Part shown: piece after piece, positions 1 through 18,462 of the stretch
How positions within the stretch are numbered: the stretch's first letter is position 1
Layout: every line of letters begins with the position of its first letter
Assembly: GCF_009914755.1 (NCBI RefSeq)
Contig: NC_060935.1
Direction: 5' to 3' (one strand)
Source of the DNA: the human T2T-CHM13v2.0 reference genome, Homo sapiens
Length of the DNA stretch: 64,000 nucleotides
Made by a program: the position numbers and the translations under genes
Notes under the pieces: generated by a model
What the model saw: only the letters and a program-made list of their open reading frames with translations
Told to the model about the DNA's origin: nothing
Databases searched by the model: none

Positions 1-85
1 AGAGAGAAAAAATAGAAAACAAGAAACAAAATAGCAGAATGAAGCCTTAACATACCAAGAAATGCATTAAATGTAAATGATTTAA

Positions 86-197
86 CTCACAAATCACCAC
101 TAAAGAACTTGTTCATGTAACCAAATACCACCTGTTCCCCAAAAACCTATGGAAATAAAAAAAATATTATTAAAAATAAATAAGTACATTTCACCAA
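86..197 (+). mobile_element. tiny L1PB-type 3' end insertion with TSD
   Basis: caaatcaccactaaagaactt...cccaaaaacctatggaaataaaa. 17-bp TSD aaatgtaaatgatttaa (69-85 / 198-214). Confidence 0.75.
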
Positions 198-819
198 AAA
201 TGTAAATGATTTAAATATAGCAATTAAAATACAGAAATTGGCAGACTAAATTAAGAAACATGACCTAACTATATGTTACCTACAAAAACTTCACTTCAAA
301 TATAAAACACAGGCAGGTTGAAAATGAAAGGATGGGAAAAAGAGATAGCATGAAAACACTTATCAAAAGAAAGTAGGAATAACTACTAATATCAGATAAA
401 GATGACCTCAGAGCAAAGAAAATTACCAGAGACTGAGAGGAACGGGGTACCCTACAACACGGCTGATCAGTATTTTTCAATGCTCGCAAGATAATCAAAA
501 AACAAAGACAGTCTGAGAAACTGTCACAGCCAACAGGAGCCTAAGAAGCTATGACAACTAAATGTATTGTGATATTCTGGGTGGGATCCTGAAACAGGAA
601 AAGGTCATCAGGTAAAAATTACTGAAATCTGAATAAACTATGGACTTTAGTTCACAATCATGTATCAATATTGGTTCATTAATTGTGGCAAATGTATCAT
701 ACTAACAAAGATGTTCATAATAAGACAACTTTTGTGCAGAGGACGTGTGGGAACTCTTTGTACTATCTGCTCAATTTTTCTGTAAATCAAAAACTGTTAT
801 ATTTAAAAAAAAAGTATTT

Positions 820-1125
<306 letters not shown>

Positions 1126-1373
1126 AATTAATTTTTTAAAAATAACAAGTGATCTCTTAGATATTAAGAAAAATGATGGCCAATATAAAAGTAATCAAAG
1201 TAGAAAATGCTGAAATACTGCCATTAGCTTATTAAGTTTAATGTTCACATACCTTCTGCTAAAGCAATTGTGATCCTAGATATTTTCTAGGATTCAGGTA
1301 CTGGAATGTTATAGCAGCAAAACCCTGGAAATAAGCAAATGCCCATCAACAGGAGAATGGATAAATATGCCAT

Positions 1374-1850
1374 TGTGATGTTTAATGTTATGTATTCTCC
1401 TGACTGGGCCATGGGGAGCCCAGATATTTGGTCAAATATTATTTTGAGTATTTCTATAAGGGTGTTTCTGGATGAGATTAGCATTCAAATCAGTAGACTG
1501 AGTAAAGCAGACTGTCTTCCCTAATGTGGGTGGGCCTCAAACACAAAGGCTGATTCTCCCCCAGTCAGAGAGAATTCTTTCCTGCCTGGCTGCCTTTCAG
1601 CTGAGATATCAGGTTTTCCATGTATTTGGACTTAAAGTGAAACATCAGCCATTCCTAGGTCTTGAGCCCGCCAGCTCAGACAGGAATGACAACATCAGTG
1701 CTCCTGGTTCTCAGGCCATTGGACTCAGACTGAAACAAAACCATTGGCCCACCTCCATAATCACATGAGCCAAATTCCTTATAATAAATCTATCTATTTA
1801 TACTTACACATTCTATTGGTTGTGTTTCTCTGGAAACCCTGACTAATACA
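1374..1850 (+). mobile_element. MLT2 (ERVL) solo LTR
   Basis: tgtgatg.ttaat...gactgggccatgggg.gcccagata...gtttctctggaaaccctgactaataca. Confidence 0.8.
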
Positions 1851-2208
1851 GTCACATTATATCAAATCAGATGGAGACGTTTCAAAAAAGGAAAATTACA
1901 GGACCACTCCATTCATGAATATGGATATAAAAAGTCCTTAAAATATTAGCAAATCTAAGCCAAAGGGAGTAAAAAAGCAATCATACCATTGCTTAATTGA
2001 ATTTAACCCAGCTATGCAAAACTGGTTTAATATTAGAAAATCCACATATGTAAATCATTTTATAAACTGATTAAAAGAAAAAACCATATTATAATGTCAA
2101 TTGATTCAGAAAAATCCTTTGATAAAATCCAACTCTCGATCATTATAAGTAGTTATGGAAAATTAAGAAGAGAAGAGAAAATCTGCAACCTAATAAAGAA
2201 CAGCTATT

Positions 2209-2210
<2 letters not shown>

Positions 2211-2250
<40 letters not shown>
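2211..2250. repeat. (AC)20 microsatellite
   Basis: Perfect dinucleotide run. Confidence 0.98.
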
Positions 2251-2252
<2 letters not shown>

Positions 2253-2401
2253 CTAGAGAAATCTGATACTAAATGGTGAAACATTAGAAGCATTCCTTTG
2301 AAGTCAGCATGTCTACTAATGCCACTTTTATTCAATGTGGTATTGGAGATTTACACTGGAGAGTCGAGCCTGTACAATACAACAAAGAAAAACGATATTA
2401 G

Positions 2402-3299
<898 letters not shown>

Positions 3300-3478
3300 A
3301 TATTAGGGACAAAGTATTGGAAATGAGACATAAAATGTCATTGTTGAAAAATAACAAATCCAAACAAATATACAGATAAATTATTAGAAATATTTATAGC
3401 TGGTTATAGATTACCAAGCCAGTTGTATTTCTATATAACAGCAGCAAACGACTAAGAATACAATTAAAACTAAAAATA

Positions 3479-3811
<333 letters not shown>

Positions 3812-4050
3812 TCAAGTCCCTAGGAATAAATCTACCAGGTCTTCAAGATCTCTACAGACAAAATTTTAAGGATGTCAGTTCTCCCCAGATTGATCTGTAA
3901 GTTCGATGTGATTCCAGTAAATATCCCAACAGAGTTTTCATGGAACTTGGTAAGGTGCTTTTAAAATTGCTGTGGAAGAGTAAGGGCCAAGAATTGCCAG
4001 GGAATTTCTGTAGCTCAAAGAAGGGAGATGGTGCTTGGGACGAGAGAACC

Positions 4051-4205
4051 AGCTGGGGGCAGTGGCTCAATCCTGTAGTCTAAGCTATTCAGGGGGCTGA
4101 GGCCAGAGAATCCCTTGAGCCTAGGGGATCAAGGCTGCAGTGAGCTATGATTGCGTCACTGCACTCCAGCCTGGGCTGACAGAGCAAGACCCTGTCTCTA
4201 AAATA
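4051..4205 (+). mobile_element. Alu monomer (FRAM/AluJ right arm)
   Basis: Single right-arm-like unit. Confidence 0.75.
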
Positions 4206-5709
4206 AAATTTAATTTTTAAAACAGAAGAGAACCAGAGGTCCACAACAGGTCCATTCCCAAATCCCCTGAGGGACTTCTTTCAGCTGACAAATTTTTGGA
4301 CTTCTGGATTGCAAACCAGGATAGCATCTCCCTTTGTAGTGTGGAAGTACTCAATACTAATTTCACCTTATTAGAGAAATGAAGTTGGAAAAGGAGAGGA
4401 GAAGATCAAAAGAAATGTCATCCTACCCACAGCTCTGAGCATACAGCAAAACCTCAAATGAGCCAAAATCTCCTGCTTGTGGTTTCCATCTGCTGTGTGG
4501 AGTTAAGGCTTGCTGGCTATGTATCTGTCAAAAAGTTTGCACAAGTGTGGGAGAGAGATAAAGGCAATGCTGTCAGTATTTATAAAAGAATCAACTCAGA
4601 ACATCATAAAAAAAGAAAATAATTTAAATTTCACTCATAAGTTCAAGCATCCCAGCAAAAAAAACTATTTTTTATATTCTCATGTTTCTTTATAGTCTAA
4701 ATTTCTATATATAAATATAGACACATAATTTTTTGCATAGTCATCACTTTAAAGACTACATAATATTCATCCACTGTTTCTCTGGCTTTGGACATTTCTG
4801 CTGTTTTTGATTTTTTTTCACTGTTATAAAGAATGCTCTATAAACATTTTGTGCAGTCACGTTCTCTATCATTTCAGAACCATTTCAGGGTCAGAGACAT
4901 TGAGAAGTATGCTAGGTTTCTAGTAATTACTTTTTCTCTTTTCCAAATATTCAGCAAGAAGCTCTACCTATTTCTCAACCTTTATAGATACCCTCTTCTA
5001 TGGTTTACTTAATGTTATCTGCATAATAAATACAATTCCAGTTTCTAGAATCAATTCTGATCATTGAGAAGGGTTATTTAGCTAGCTCCAGTTCAACAGC
5101 CATTGATAGCACAAACATTAACTATCAACTATGAGATAAGCAAAATACCGAAGGCCGCCCTCCCAGGCAAATCTCCGAATTACTTAAGGTGGAGAATATT
5201 TTGTAAACTTTCATCTGTGATTATGTGCATTGAACTTATGACACACCTTTATTTTAAAGACTAAATCTTGGAGAAATAAGCCCAAATCTGGTAAGCCACC
5301 CTCTTCTGATGGAATGGTGTTGAGAGAGCAAGACCAGAGATTAAGATTCTTTTTCAATGGATGAGAGTAGTGGAAGTGATACGATAGAGTGTGGTGCAGA
5401 GGATTCCCCCAAAACATTTGAGCCCTGGTCACATGCTAGGCCTCATATGACTGAAATTACCTCTATTCCATTTGAAGAAGTCACTCTTTGACCAGACCCT
5501 CCTCCTTTAGCTTTCTCCAGGATAAGGAAATTGAGGCCCAGGCAGCTAAGCCTGGATCAGGAATAACCATTAACATGTATTGACCTTAGGGAAAAGATGT
5601 CTGCACTGGCTAGCTAGCTATTGGTTCACATCGAAGTAAAGTGCAAATAAGTAAGCCCAGTACATCTACCCAGAGCTCCCAAGTCAGTTCCTTATGGCCT
5701 TCTTCTTCT

Positions 5710-6145
<436 letters not shown>

Positions 6146-6194
6146 CGCTTTGTTCTTAAATATAAACAGATGACAAAGATCAGACATTTCTGGA

Positions 6195-7075
<881 letters not shown>

Positions 7076-7143
7076 GAATGACCAAGATCATATAAGAATA
7101 AGAGGTTATATAAAACAAAGGAAGTGGTGGGGGATGGTATTAA

Positions 7144-8123
<980 letters not shown>

Positions 8124-8811
8124 TAAAGACAAGAAATCATCAAAGGATAAAGACAAGAAATTTTCCTAGATGTTAAAAACCAAGTCTCCAGATTAAAAAG
8201 GTCCACCAATTTCCCAGGACAAAGATAAAAGACCCATATCTAGATATATCATTGTGAAATTTCAGAAACCCAAGGATAAAGACAATAGTTTGGAAGCTTC
8301 CAGTGGGGAACAAGAGTGGGGAAAACAGATGACTTTCAGAGTCATGGGCTGGACGTAGAGTGCTTCAGATCTTCTCACACTCTCCGTTAAATCCAATCCA
8401 TCACAGGGTCTTTGCAGCTGTCTTCTCTGCAAAGATTTGGTACAAGAGGATTAGGGAAAGAGCTACAATTCCTGCTGCTGCAGCTGGTCTCAAAGCCGTA
8501 ATTGATATTTATCATCTCCCTATAATGCCCAACAATACAGTGTTATAATTATTGCTTTATACAATCATGTCTTTTAGAGAAGCTAAAAGGAGGAGGAAAT
8601 ATATAGGATTTTATATTAAGCTACATGTTTACCATTTATAGTACTCTTCATTTTTCTCTCTTTGAATTTGAGTTACCATCTAGAGTCATCTCCTTGCTCA
8701 AATGTTGCTTCATTCCCTCCCTCCTGCTTTGTGCTATTATTGTTACATATATTACATTTTAATGTTATAAGTCTAATAATACAACTTTATATTTATTGCT
8801 TTATGCAGTTG

Positions 8812-9132
<321 letters not shown>

Positions 9133-9209
9133 GCAATTGTCTTTCAAATCATTACGGGAAGAAAAGAGAAAAATATGTTTATAACACCTTTGGTAATTAC
9201 CTATATAAT

Positions 9210-10115
9210 AAACTTTATTGGTGTTCTTTGTTTCTTCTCCTTTTGCTTTTGGTTCACAGCAAAATTGAGTGGAAGGTCCGGAGATTTCCCATATACCCCT
9301 CACTCTCCATGTATAGCCTCCCCCATTATCAACATCCCCCACCAGAGTGGTACATTTGTTTTAATTGATGAACCTATATTGACACATCTTTATCATCCAC
9401 AGTCCATAGTTTACATTCCAGTTCACTCTTGATGTACATTCTATGGGTTTGGACAAATGTATAATGACATGTAACCACCATAAGTACCATACAGATAGTT
9501 TCGCTCTCCTAAATGTCCCTGTGCTTCACCTGTTCATCTCTGCCTCCCTCTCACCCTTGGCACATACTGATCATTTTACTGTCTCCATAGTTTTGCCTTT
9601 TCCCAAATGTCATATAATTGAAATCCTACACTATGTAGCCTTTTCAGATTGGCTTCTTTCACTTAGTAATATGCACTTAAGTTTCCTCCATGTCTTTTTA
9701 TGGCTTTATAGCTCATTTCTTTTTTGCTGAATAACATTTCATGGTCTGAAATATCACAGTTTCTATCATGTGGCCTGAAATATCACAGTTTCCATTCACC
9801 TACTGAAGGACATCTTCATTGCTTCCAGGTTTTGGCAATTGTGAGAAAAGCTACCATAAATATCCACGTGCAGGTTTTTTTGTGGATGCAAATGTTCAAT
9901 TACTTTGGGTAAATAGTAAGGTGCACAATTGCTGGATCATATGGTTAGAGTATGTTTACTTTTAGAAGAAACCATCAAGCTGTCTTCCAAAGTGGGTATA
10001 CCATTTTGAATTCCCACAAGCAATGAAACAGAGTTCCTGTTACACCACATCCTTGCCAGCGATTGGTGCTGTCAGTATTTTGGATCTGAGCCATTCTAGT
10101 AGGTGTGTAGTGCTC
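9210..10115 (-). mobile_element. L1MC/MD-type 3' end relic
   Basis: ccccattatcaacatcccccaccagagtggtacatttg and ggacatctt..ttgcttccaggttttggc are typical old-L1 3' motifs. Confidence 0.65.
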
Positions 10116-10263
10116 TTTGTTTCTTCATGGGGATTGACATTATCATCTGAAGTCACTTCCTTTCATCTTCAAGACTTCTTTTAGTATTTCTTATCAGGTA
10201 AGTCTCCTAACAACAAATTATCTCAATTTTTGTTTATCTGGGAATTTATTCTTCATTTATTAA

Positions 10264-10708
<445 letters not shown>

Positions 10709-10898
10709 TAGTATAGTTTGAAGTTGGGTAATGTGATGCCTCAGCTTTGTTCTTTCTGCTTAGGATTGCTTTGGCTATTCAGGATCTTTTTTTGTTCCAT
10801 CAATGTTTTAGAATTTTTTTTCTAAATCTGTAAAGAATGTCATTGGTATTTTAATAAGAATAGCATTGAATTTGTAAATTGCTTTGGGTAGTATGGCC

Positions 10899-11198
10899 TT
10901 TTTTTTTTTTTTCTTTTTCTTTTTGAGACAGAGTTTCACTCTTGTTGCCCAGGCTGGAGCACAATGGCGCAATCTTGGCTCACTGCAACCTCCACCTCCT
11001 GGATTCTCCTGTCTCAGCCTCCTGAGTAGCTGGGATTACAGGTGCCTGCCACCACACCCAGATAATTTTTGTATTTTTAGTAGAGATGGGGTTTTGCCAT
11101 CTTGGCCAGGCTGGTCTCAAACTCCTGACCTCAGATGATGCACATGCCTCGGCCTTCCAATGTGCTGGGATTACAGATGTGAGCCACCACATCTGGCC
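10899..11198 (-). mobile_element. AluSq/Sp in L1
   Basis: gagtttcactcttgttgcc diagnostic. TSD agtatggcc. Confidence 0.9.
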
Positions 11199-11984
11199 AG
11201 TATGGCCATTTTAACAATATTGGTTGTTCTGATCCATGAGCATGGAATGTTTTTCCATTTGTTTGTGTTGCCTCTGATTTCTTTCAGTAGTGTTTTGTAA
11301 TTCTCATTGTAGAGATCTTTCACCTCCCTGGTTAGCTGTTTTCCTAGGCATTTTATTCTTTTTGTGGCTATTGTGAATGGGATTGTGTTCCTGATTTGGC
11401 TGTCATCTTGGATGTCATTGGCCTATAGAAATGCTACTGATTTTTGCACATTGCTTTTGTATCCTGAAACTTTGCTGAAGTTGATTATCACATCTAGGCA
11501 CTTTTGGACAGAGACTATGGGGTTTTCTAGGTGTAGAATCATATCATTTGCAAAAAGAAATAGTTTGACTTTTTGTCTTCTTATTTGGATGGCTTTTATT
11601 TCTTTTTCTTGTCTAATTGCTTTGGCTAGGACTTCAAGTACTATGTTGAATAGGACTGATGAGAGTGGGCATCCTTGTCTTGTTCCAGTTCTCAAGGGGA
11701 ATACTTCTAGGTTTTGCTCATTCAGTATGATGTTGCCTGTGGGTTTGTCATAGATGGCTCTTATTATTTTGAACTATGTTTCTTCAATGCCTAGTTTGTT
11801 CAGGGTTTTTAACATAAAGGAATGTTGAATTTTATCAAAAGCCTTTTCTGCATCTATTAAGATGATCATGTGTGTTTTGTTTTTGTTTCTGTTTATGTCA
11901 TGAATTACATATAATGATTTGCATATGTTGAACCAACCTTGCATCCCAGAGATAAAGCCTGCTTGATTGTGGTGGATTAGCTTT

Positions 11985-14113
11985 TTTTTTTTTTTTCATT
12001 TATTTTTTTATTGATAATTCTTGGGTGTTTCTCACAGAGGGGGATTTGGCAGGGTCATGGGACAATAGTGGAGGGAAGGTCAGCAGATAAACAAGTGAAC
12101 AAAGGTCTCTGGTTTTCCTAGGCAGAGGACCCTGCGGCCTTCCGCAGTGTTTGTGTCCCTGATTACTTGAGATTAGGGAGTGGTGATGACTCTTAATGAG
12201 CATGCTGCCTTCAAGCATCTGTTTAACAAAGCACATCTTGCACCGCCCTTAATCCATTTAACCCTGAGTGGACACAGCACATGTTTCAGAGAGCACAGGG
12301 TTGGGGGTAAGGTCACAGATCAACAAGATCCCAAGGCAGAAGAATTTTTCTTAGTGCAGAACAAAATGAAAAGTCTCCCATGTCTACTTCTTTCTACACA
12401 GACACGGCAACCATCCGATTTCTCAATTTTTTCCCCACCCTTCCCGCCTTTCTATTCCACAAAGCCGCCATTGTCATCCTGGCCCATTCTCAATGAGCTG
12501 TTGGGCACACCTCCCAGACGGGGTGGTGGCCGGGCAGAGGGGCTCCTCACTTCCCAGTAGGGGCGGCCCGGCAGAGGCGCCCCTCACCTCCCGGACGGGG
12601 CGGCTGGCCGGGCGGGGGGCTGACCCCCCACCTCCCTCCGGGACGGGGCGGCTGGCCGGGCAGGGGGGCTGACCCCCCCACCTCCCTCCCGGACGGGGCG
12701 GCTGGCCGGGCGGGGGGCTGACCCCCCCACCTCCCTCCCGGATGGGGCGGCTGGCCGGGCAGAGGGGCTCCTCACTTCCCAGTAGGGGCGGCCGGGCAGA
12801 GGTGCCCCTCACCTCCCGGACGGGGCAGCTGGCCGGGCGGGGGGCTGACCCCCCACCTCCCTCCCGGACGGGGCAGCTGGCCGGGCAGAGGGTCTCCTCA
12901 CTTCCCAGTAGGGGCGGCCGGGCAGAGGCGCCCCTCACCTCCCAGACGGGGCGGCTGGCTGGGCGGGGGGGCTGACCCCCCACCTCCCTCCCTGACGGGG
13001 CGGCTGGCCTGGCGGGGGGCTGACCCCCCACCTCCCTCCCGGACGGGGCGGCTGGCCGGGCGGGGGGCTGACCCCCCACCTCCCTCCCGGACTGGGCGGC
13101 TGGCCGGGCGGGGGGCTGACCCCCGCCACCTCCCTCCCGGACGGGGTGGCTGCCGGGCGGAGACGCTCCTCACTTCCCAGATGGGGTGGCTGCCGGGCAG
13201 AGAGGCTCCTCACTTCTCAGATGGGGCAGCTGCCGGGCGGAGGGGCTCCTCACTTCTCAGACGGGGTGGCTGCCAGGCGGAGGGTCTCCTCACTTCTCAG
13301 ATGGGGCGGCCGGGCAGAGACGCTCCTCACCTCCCAGACGGGGTCGCGGCTGGGCAGAGGCGCTCCTCACATCCCAGATGGGGCGGTGGGGCAGAGGCGC
13401 TCCCCACATCTCAGACGATGGGCGGCGGGCAGAGACGCTCCTCACTTCCTAGATGTGATGGTGACCGGGAAGAGGCGCTCCTCACTTCCTAGATGGGATG
13501 GCGGCCGGGCTGAGACGCTCCTCACTTTCCAGACTAGGCAGCCAGGCAGAGGGGCTCCTCACATCCCAGACGATGGGCGGCCAGGCAGAGACACTCCTCA
13601 CTTCCCAGACGGGGTGGTGGCCGGGCAGAGGCTGCAATCTCGGCACTTTGGGAGGCCAAGGCAGGCGGCTGGGAGGTGGAGGTTGTAGCGAGCCGAGATC
13701 ACGCCACTGCACTCCAGCCTGGGCACCATTGAGCACTGAGTGAACGACATTCCGTCTGCAATCCCGGCACCTCGGGAGGCCGAGGCTGGCGGATCACTCG
13801 CGGTTAGGGGCTGGAGACCCGCCCGGCCAACACAGCGAAACCCCATCTCCACCAAAACCAGTCAGGCATGGCGGCGCGTGCCTGCAATCGCAGGCACTGG
13901 GCAGGCTGAGGCAGGAGAATCAGGCAGGGAGGTTGCAGTGAGCCGAGATGGCAGCAGTACAGTCCAGCTTCGGCTCCGCATGAGAGGGAGACCGTGGAAA
14001 GAGAGGGAGACCGTGGAAAGAGAGGGAGACCATGGAAAGAGAGGGAGACTGTGGGGAGGGGGAGGGGGAGAGGGAGAGGGAGAGGGAGAGGGAGAGCAGA
14101 GATGAGGTCTTGA
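11985..14113 (-). mobile_element. full-length SVA retrotransposon (young, SVA_D-F; most like SVA_F from recalled diagnostics)
   Basis: Poly(T) from 11982, SINE-R ~12010-12510, GC-rich VNTR ~12510-13620, Alu-like domain ~13620-13980, (GGAGAG)n hexamers 14055-14096. TSD gtggtggattagcttt at 11969 and 14114. Inserted in L1 ORF2. Confidence 0.97.
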
Positions 14114-14149
14114 GTGGTGGATTAGCTTTTTGATGTGTTGCTGGATTCA

Positions 14150-14263
<114 letters not shown>

Positions 14264-16173
14264 TCAAAGAAAGAGTTAAGGCGGAGTCCTTCCTTCTCAG
14301 TTTTTTGGAATAGCTTCAGTAGGAATGGTACCAGCTCTTCTTCATACATTTGGTAGAATTTGGCTGTGAATTTCTTTGGTCCTGGGCTTTTTCTTGTTGG
14401 TAAGCTTTTTATTACTGATTCACTTTTGGAACTCATTACTGGTCTCCAAGGATTCAATTTATTCCTTGTTCAATCTTGGCAGGTTGCATGTTTCTAGGAA
14501 TTTAACCATTTCTTCTAGGTTTTCTAGTTTGTGTGCACAGAGGAGTTCATTGCAGTCTCTGAGGGTTTTTTGTATTTCTGTGGGGTTTTTGGTAATGTCC
14601 CCATTGTCATTTCTGATTGTGTTTATTTGGATCTTCTCTTTTTTTCTTTATTAATCTAGCTAGTGGTCTATCAATCTTATTTATTCTTTCAGAAACCCAA
14701 GTCCTGGATTTATTGATCTTTTGAATGGTTTTCCACATCTCAATTTCATTCAGTTCAATGTCATTCAGTTCAGCTCTGATTTGGGTTATTTCTTGTTTTC
14801 TGCTAGCGTTGGGGTTGGTTTGCTCTTGTTTTTCTAGTTCCTCTAGGTGTGATATTAAGTTGTTAATTTGAGTTCTTTCTAGCTTTTTGATGTGGACATT
14901 TAGCACTATAAACTTTTCTCTTAACACTGCTTTAGCTGTGTCCCAGAGATTCTGATACGTTGTATCTTTGTTGTCACTAGTTTCAAATAATGTCTTTATG
15001 TCTGCCTTAATTTTATTTCTTACCCAAAAGTCATTCAGGAGCAGGTTGATTAATTTTCATGTAGTTTATGGTTTTGAGTGATCTTCTTAGTATTGATTTC
15101 TATTTTTATTGTGCTGTGGTCTGAGAGTGGTTGGTATGATTTCAGTTTTTTTGAATTTGCTGATAATTGTCTTATGGTTGATTATGTGAGCAGTTTTAGA
15201 GTATGTGCCATGTGCAAATGAGAAGAATGTATATTCTGTTGTTTTTGTGTGGAGAGTTCTGTAGATGCCTGTTAGGTCTATTTGATCAAGTGTTGAGTTC
15301 AGGTCCTGAATATCTTTGTTAGATTTCTGCCTCAATTATCTGTCTAATACTGTCAGTGGGATTTTGAAGTCTCCCACTATTATTGTGCGATTATCTAAGC
15401 TTTTTCCTAGGTCTCTAAGAACTTGTTTTATGAATCTGGGTACTCCTGAGTTGGGTGCATATATATTTATGATAGTTAGGTCTTCTTGTTAAATTGAACC
15501 CTTTACAATTATGCAATGCCCTTCTTTATCTTTTTGATTATTGTTTGTTTAAAATCTGTTTTATTTGAAATTAAAATAACAACCCCCACTTTTTTCTGTT
15601 TTCCATTTGCTTGGTAGATTTTTCTCCATCTCTTTACTTTGAGCCTATGTGTGTCATTGCATGTGAGATGGGTGTCTTGAAAACAGCATACCATTGGGTC
15701 TTCCTTCTTCATCCAACTTGCCACACCATGCCTTTTAACTGGGGCATTTAGCCTGTTTACATTCAAAATTAATATTGATATATGTGGGTTGGATCCTGTC
15801 ATCATGTTGTTAGCTGGTTATTATGCAAACCTGATTGTGTAATTGCTTTATAGTGTCAATAGTCTATGTACTTATGTGTGTTTTTGTGTTAGCTGGTAAC
15901 AGTCTTTCCTTTCTATATTTAGGACTTCCTTAAGGAACCTCTTGTTAGGCAGGTCTGGTGGTAACAAATTCCCTTAGCATTTGCTTGTCTGAAAAAGATC
16001 TTATTTCTCCTTCACTTAGAAACCTTAGTTTAGCTTGTGTATTAGGCCGTTCTTGCATTGCTATAAAGAAATATCTGAGACTGGGTAATTTATAAAGAAA
16101 AGCGTTTAATTCCCTCATAGTTCTGCAGGCTTTACAGGAAGCATGGTGCTGGCATCTGCTTGGCTTCTGGTGA

Positions 16174-16490
<317 letters not shown>

Positions 16491-18067
16491 ACCTCAGAGA
16501 ACTTTCAATCATGGTGGAAGGCAAAGAAGGAACAAACATGTCACATGATAAAAGCAAGAGCAAATAAGGGGCAGGGCACACATTTTTAAATGACCAGATC
16601 TCCTGTGAACTCTGAGAAAGAGCTCACTTACCACCATGCAGATGGCCCAAGCCATTCATGAGGGATCAACCCTTGCAAACACCTCCCACCAGTTCACACC
16701 TTCAGCAGTGGGGATTACAATTCAACATGAGACTTGGTGGGGGGACACACATCCAAACTATATTAATCCACCCCTGGTCTCTTCCAAGTCTCATGTCCTT
16801 CTCACATTGGGAAATACAATCATGCCTTCCCAACAGTCCCCCAAAGTCTTAACTCATTCCAGCATCAATTCAGAAGTCCAAAGTCCAAAGTCTCATCTGA
16901 GACAAGGCAAGCCTCTCCCACCTATAAGCCCGTAAAATCAAACACAAATTAGTGACTTCCAAAATACAGCGGGTGTATGGGCATTGTGTAAACATTCCTA
17001 TTTCAAAAAGGAGCAATTGGTTAAAAGAAAGGAGTAACAGGCCCAATGCATATTTAAAACCCAGCAGGATAGTCATTAAATCTTAAATGTCCAAAATAAT
17101 CTCCTTTGACTCTATGTCCCACAACAAGGGCACACTGCTGTGAGGGGTAGATTCCCAAAGCCTTGGACAGCTCTGCCTCTGAAGCTTTGCAGGGATCAGC
17201 CCCTGTGGCTATCCTCACAGGTTGGAGTTGAGTGCTTGTGGATTTTCTTGGGGTGCAGAGAGCAAGCTGCTGATGGATCTACTGTTCTGGGGTCTAGGAG
17301 ATGGTGGCCCCCTTCCCATAGCTCCACTAGGCAGTGCCCCAGTGGGGACCCCGTGTGGGAGCTTCAACCCTACATTTTTTCTCCACACTGCCATAGTAGA
17401 GGTTTTCTGTGAGGACTCTCCACTTGCAGCAGGCTTCTGCCTAGGTGCCCAGGCTTTTCCATACATCATCCGAAATCTAGGCAGTGATGCCAAGCCTCAA
17501 TCACTCTTGCACTCTGTGCATCTAAAGGCTTAACACCATATGAAAGCCACCAAGGCTTATGGCTTGCACCCTCTGAAGCAACAGCATGAGCTGTATCTGG
17601 GGCCTTTTGAGCTGAGGCTGGAGCTGGAGTGTCCTGGATGCAGGGAACAGAATCCTGAGGTTATGCAGGGAAGTGGAGCCTTGGCCCCCGAAACCATTCT
17701 TTCCTCCTAGGCCTCAGAGCCTGTGGTGAGAGGTGCTACCTCTTAGATCTCTGAAATGCCTTTGCGGTCTTTTTCCCATTGTCTTGGTTACCAGCACTTG
17801 GATCCCTTTTAGTTATGCAAATTTCTGTAGCAAATGGGTGTTCTGCTGCCTGCTACAATTCCTCTCCCAGAAAAGCTTTTTCTTTCTCTGCTACATGGCC
17901 AACCTTCAAATTTCCCAAACTTTTATGCTCTGCTTCCTGTCTAAATATAAACTCCAAACTTAAGTCTTTTCTTTTCTCTCAAATCTGAGTGTAGGTTGTT
18001 CAAAGCAGCCAGGCCACATCTTGAACACTTTGCTGCTTAGAAATTTCTTCTGCCAAATACCCTAAAT

Positions 18068-18289
18068 CAAGTTTGTCCAACCTGCAGCCTGCTGGCCGCA
18101 TGTGACCCAGAATGACTTTGAGTGAAGCCCAATACAAATTCATAAACTTTCTTAAAACATTGTGAGTTTTTTGTGATTTTTTTTTTCTAGCTCATCAGCT
18201 ATCGTTAGTGTTAGTGTATTTTATGTATGGTCCAAGAACAATTCTTCTTCCACTGTGGCCCAGGGAAGCCAAAAGATTGGATACCCTTG
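18068..18289 (-). mobile_element. MER30 (hAT-Charlie MITE)
   Basis: Perfect 8-bp TSD ccctaaat (18060-18067 / 18290-18297). Body matches the reverse complement of the recalled MER30 consensus. Confidence 0.88.
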
Positions 18290-18462
18290 CCCTAAATCAT
18301 CACTCTTTAGTTTAAACTTCCACAGATCCTTAGGACATGGACAAAATGGAGACAAGTTTTTTGCTAAGGCATAACACACATGACCTTTGCTCCAGTTCCC
18401 AATACGTTTCTCATTTCCATCTGAGACCTCATAAGCCTGGACTTCATCATCCATATTACTAT

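Noticed and set aside
12510-13620. Regular repeats as a CRISPR-like array or a promoter CpG island
   Set aside because: No unique spacers, eukaryotic context, fully explained by the SVA VNTR.
12180-14105. Many long GC-rich ORFs (up to 201 aa, PARPAAPSGREVGG repeats)
   Set aside because: They are translations of the SVA VNTR and Alu-like domains and occur in several frames on both strands.
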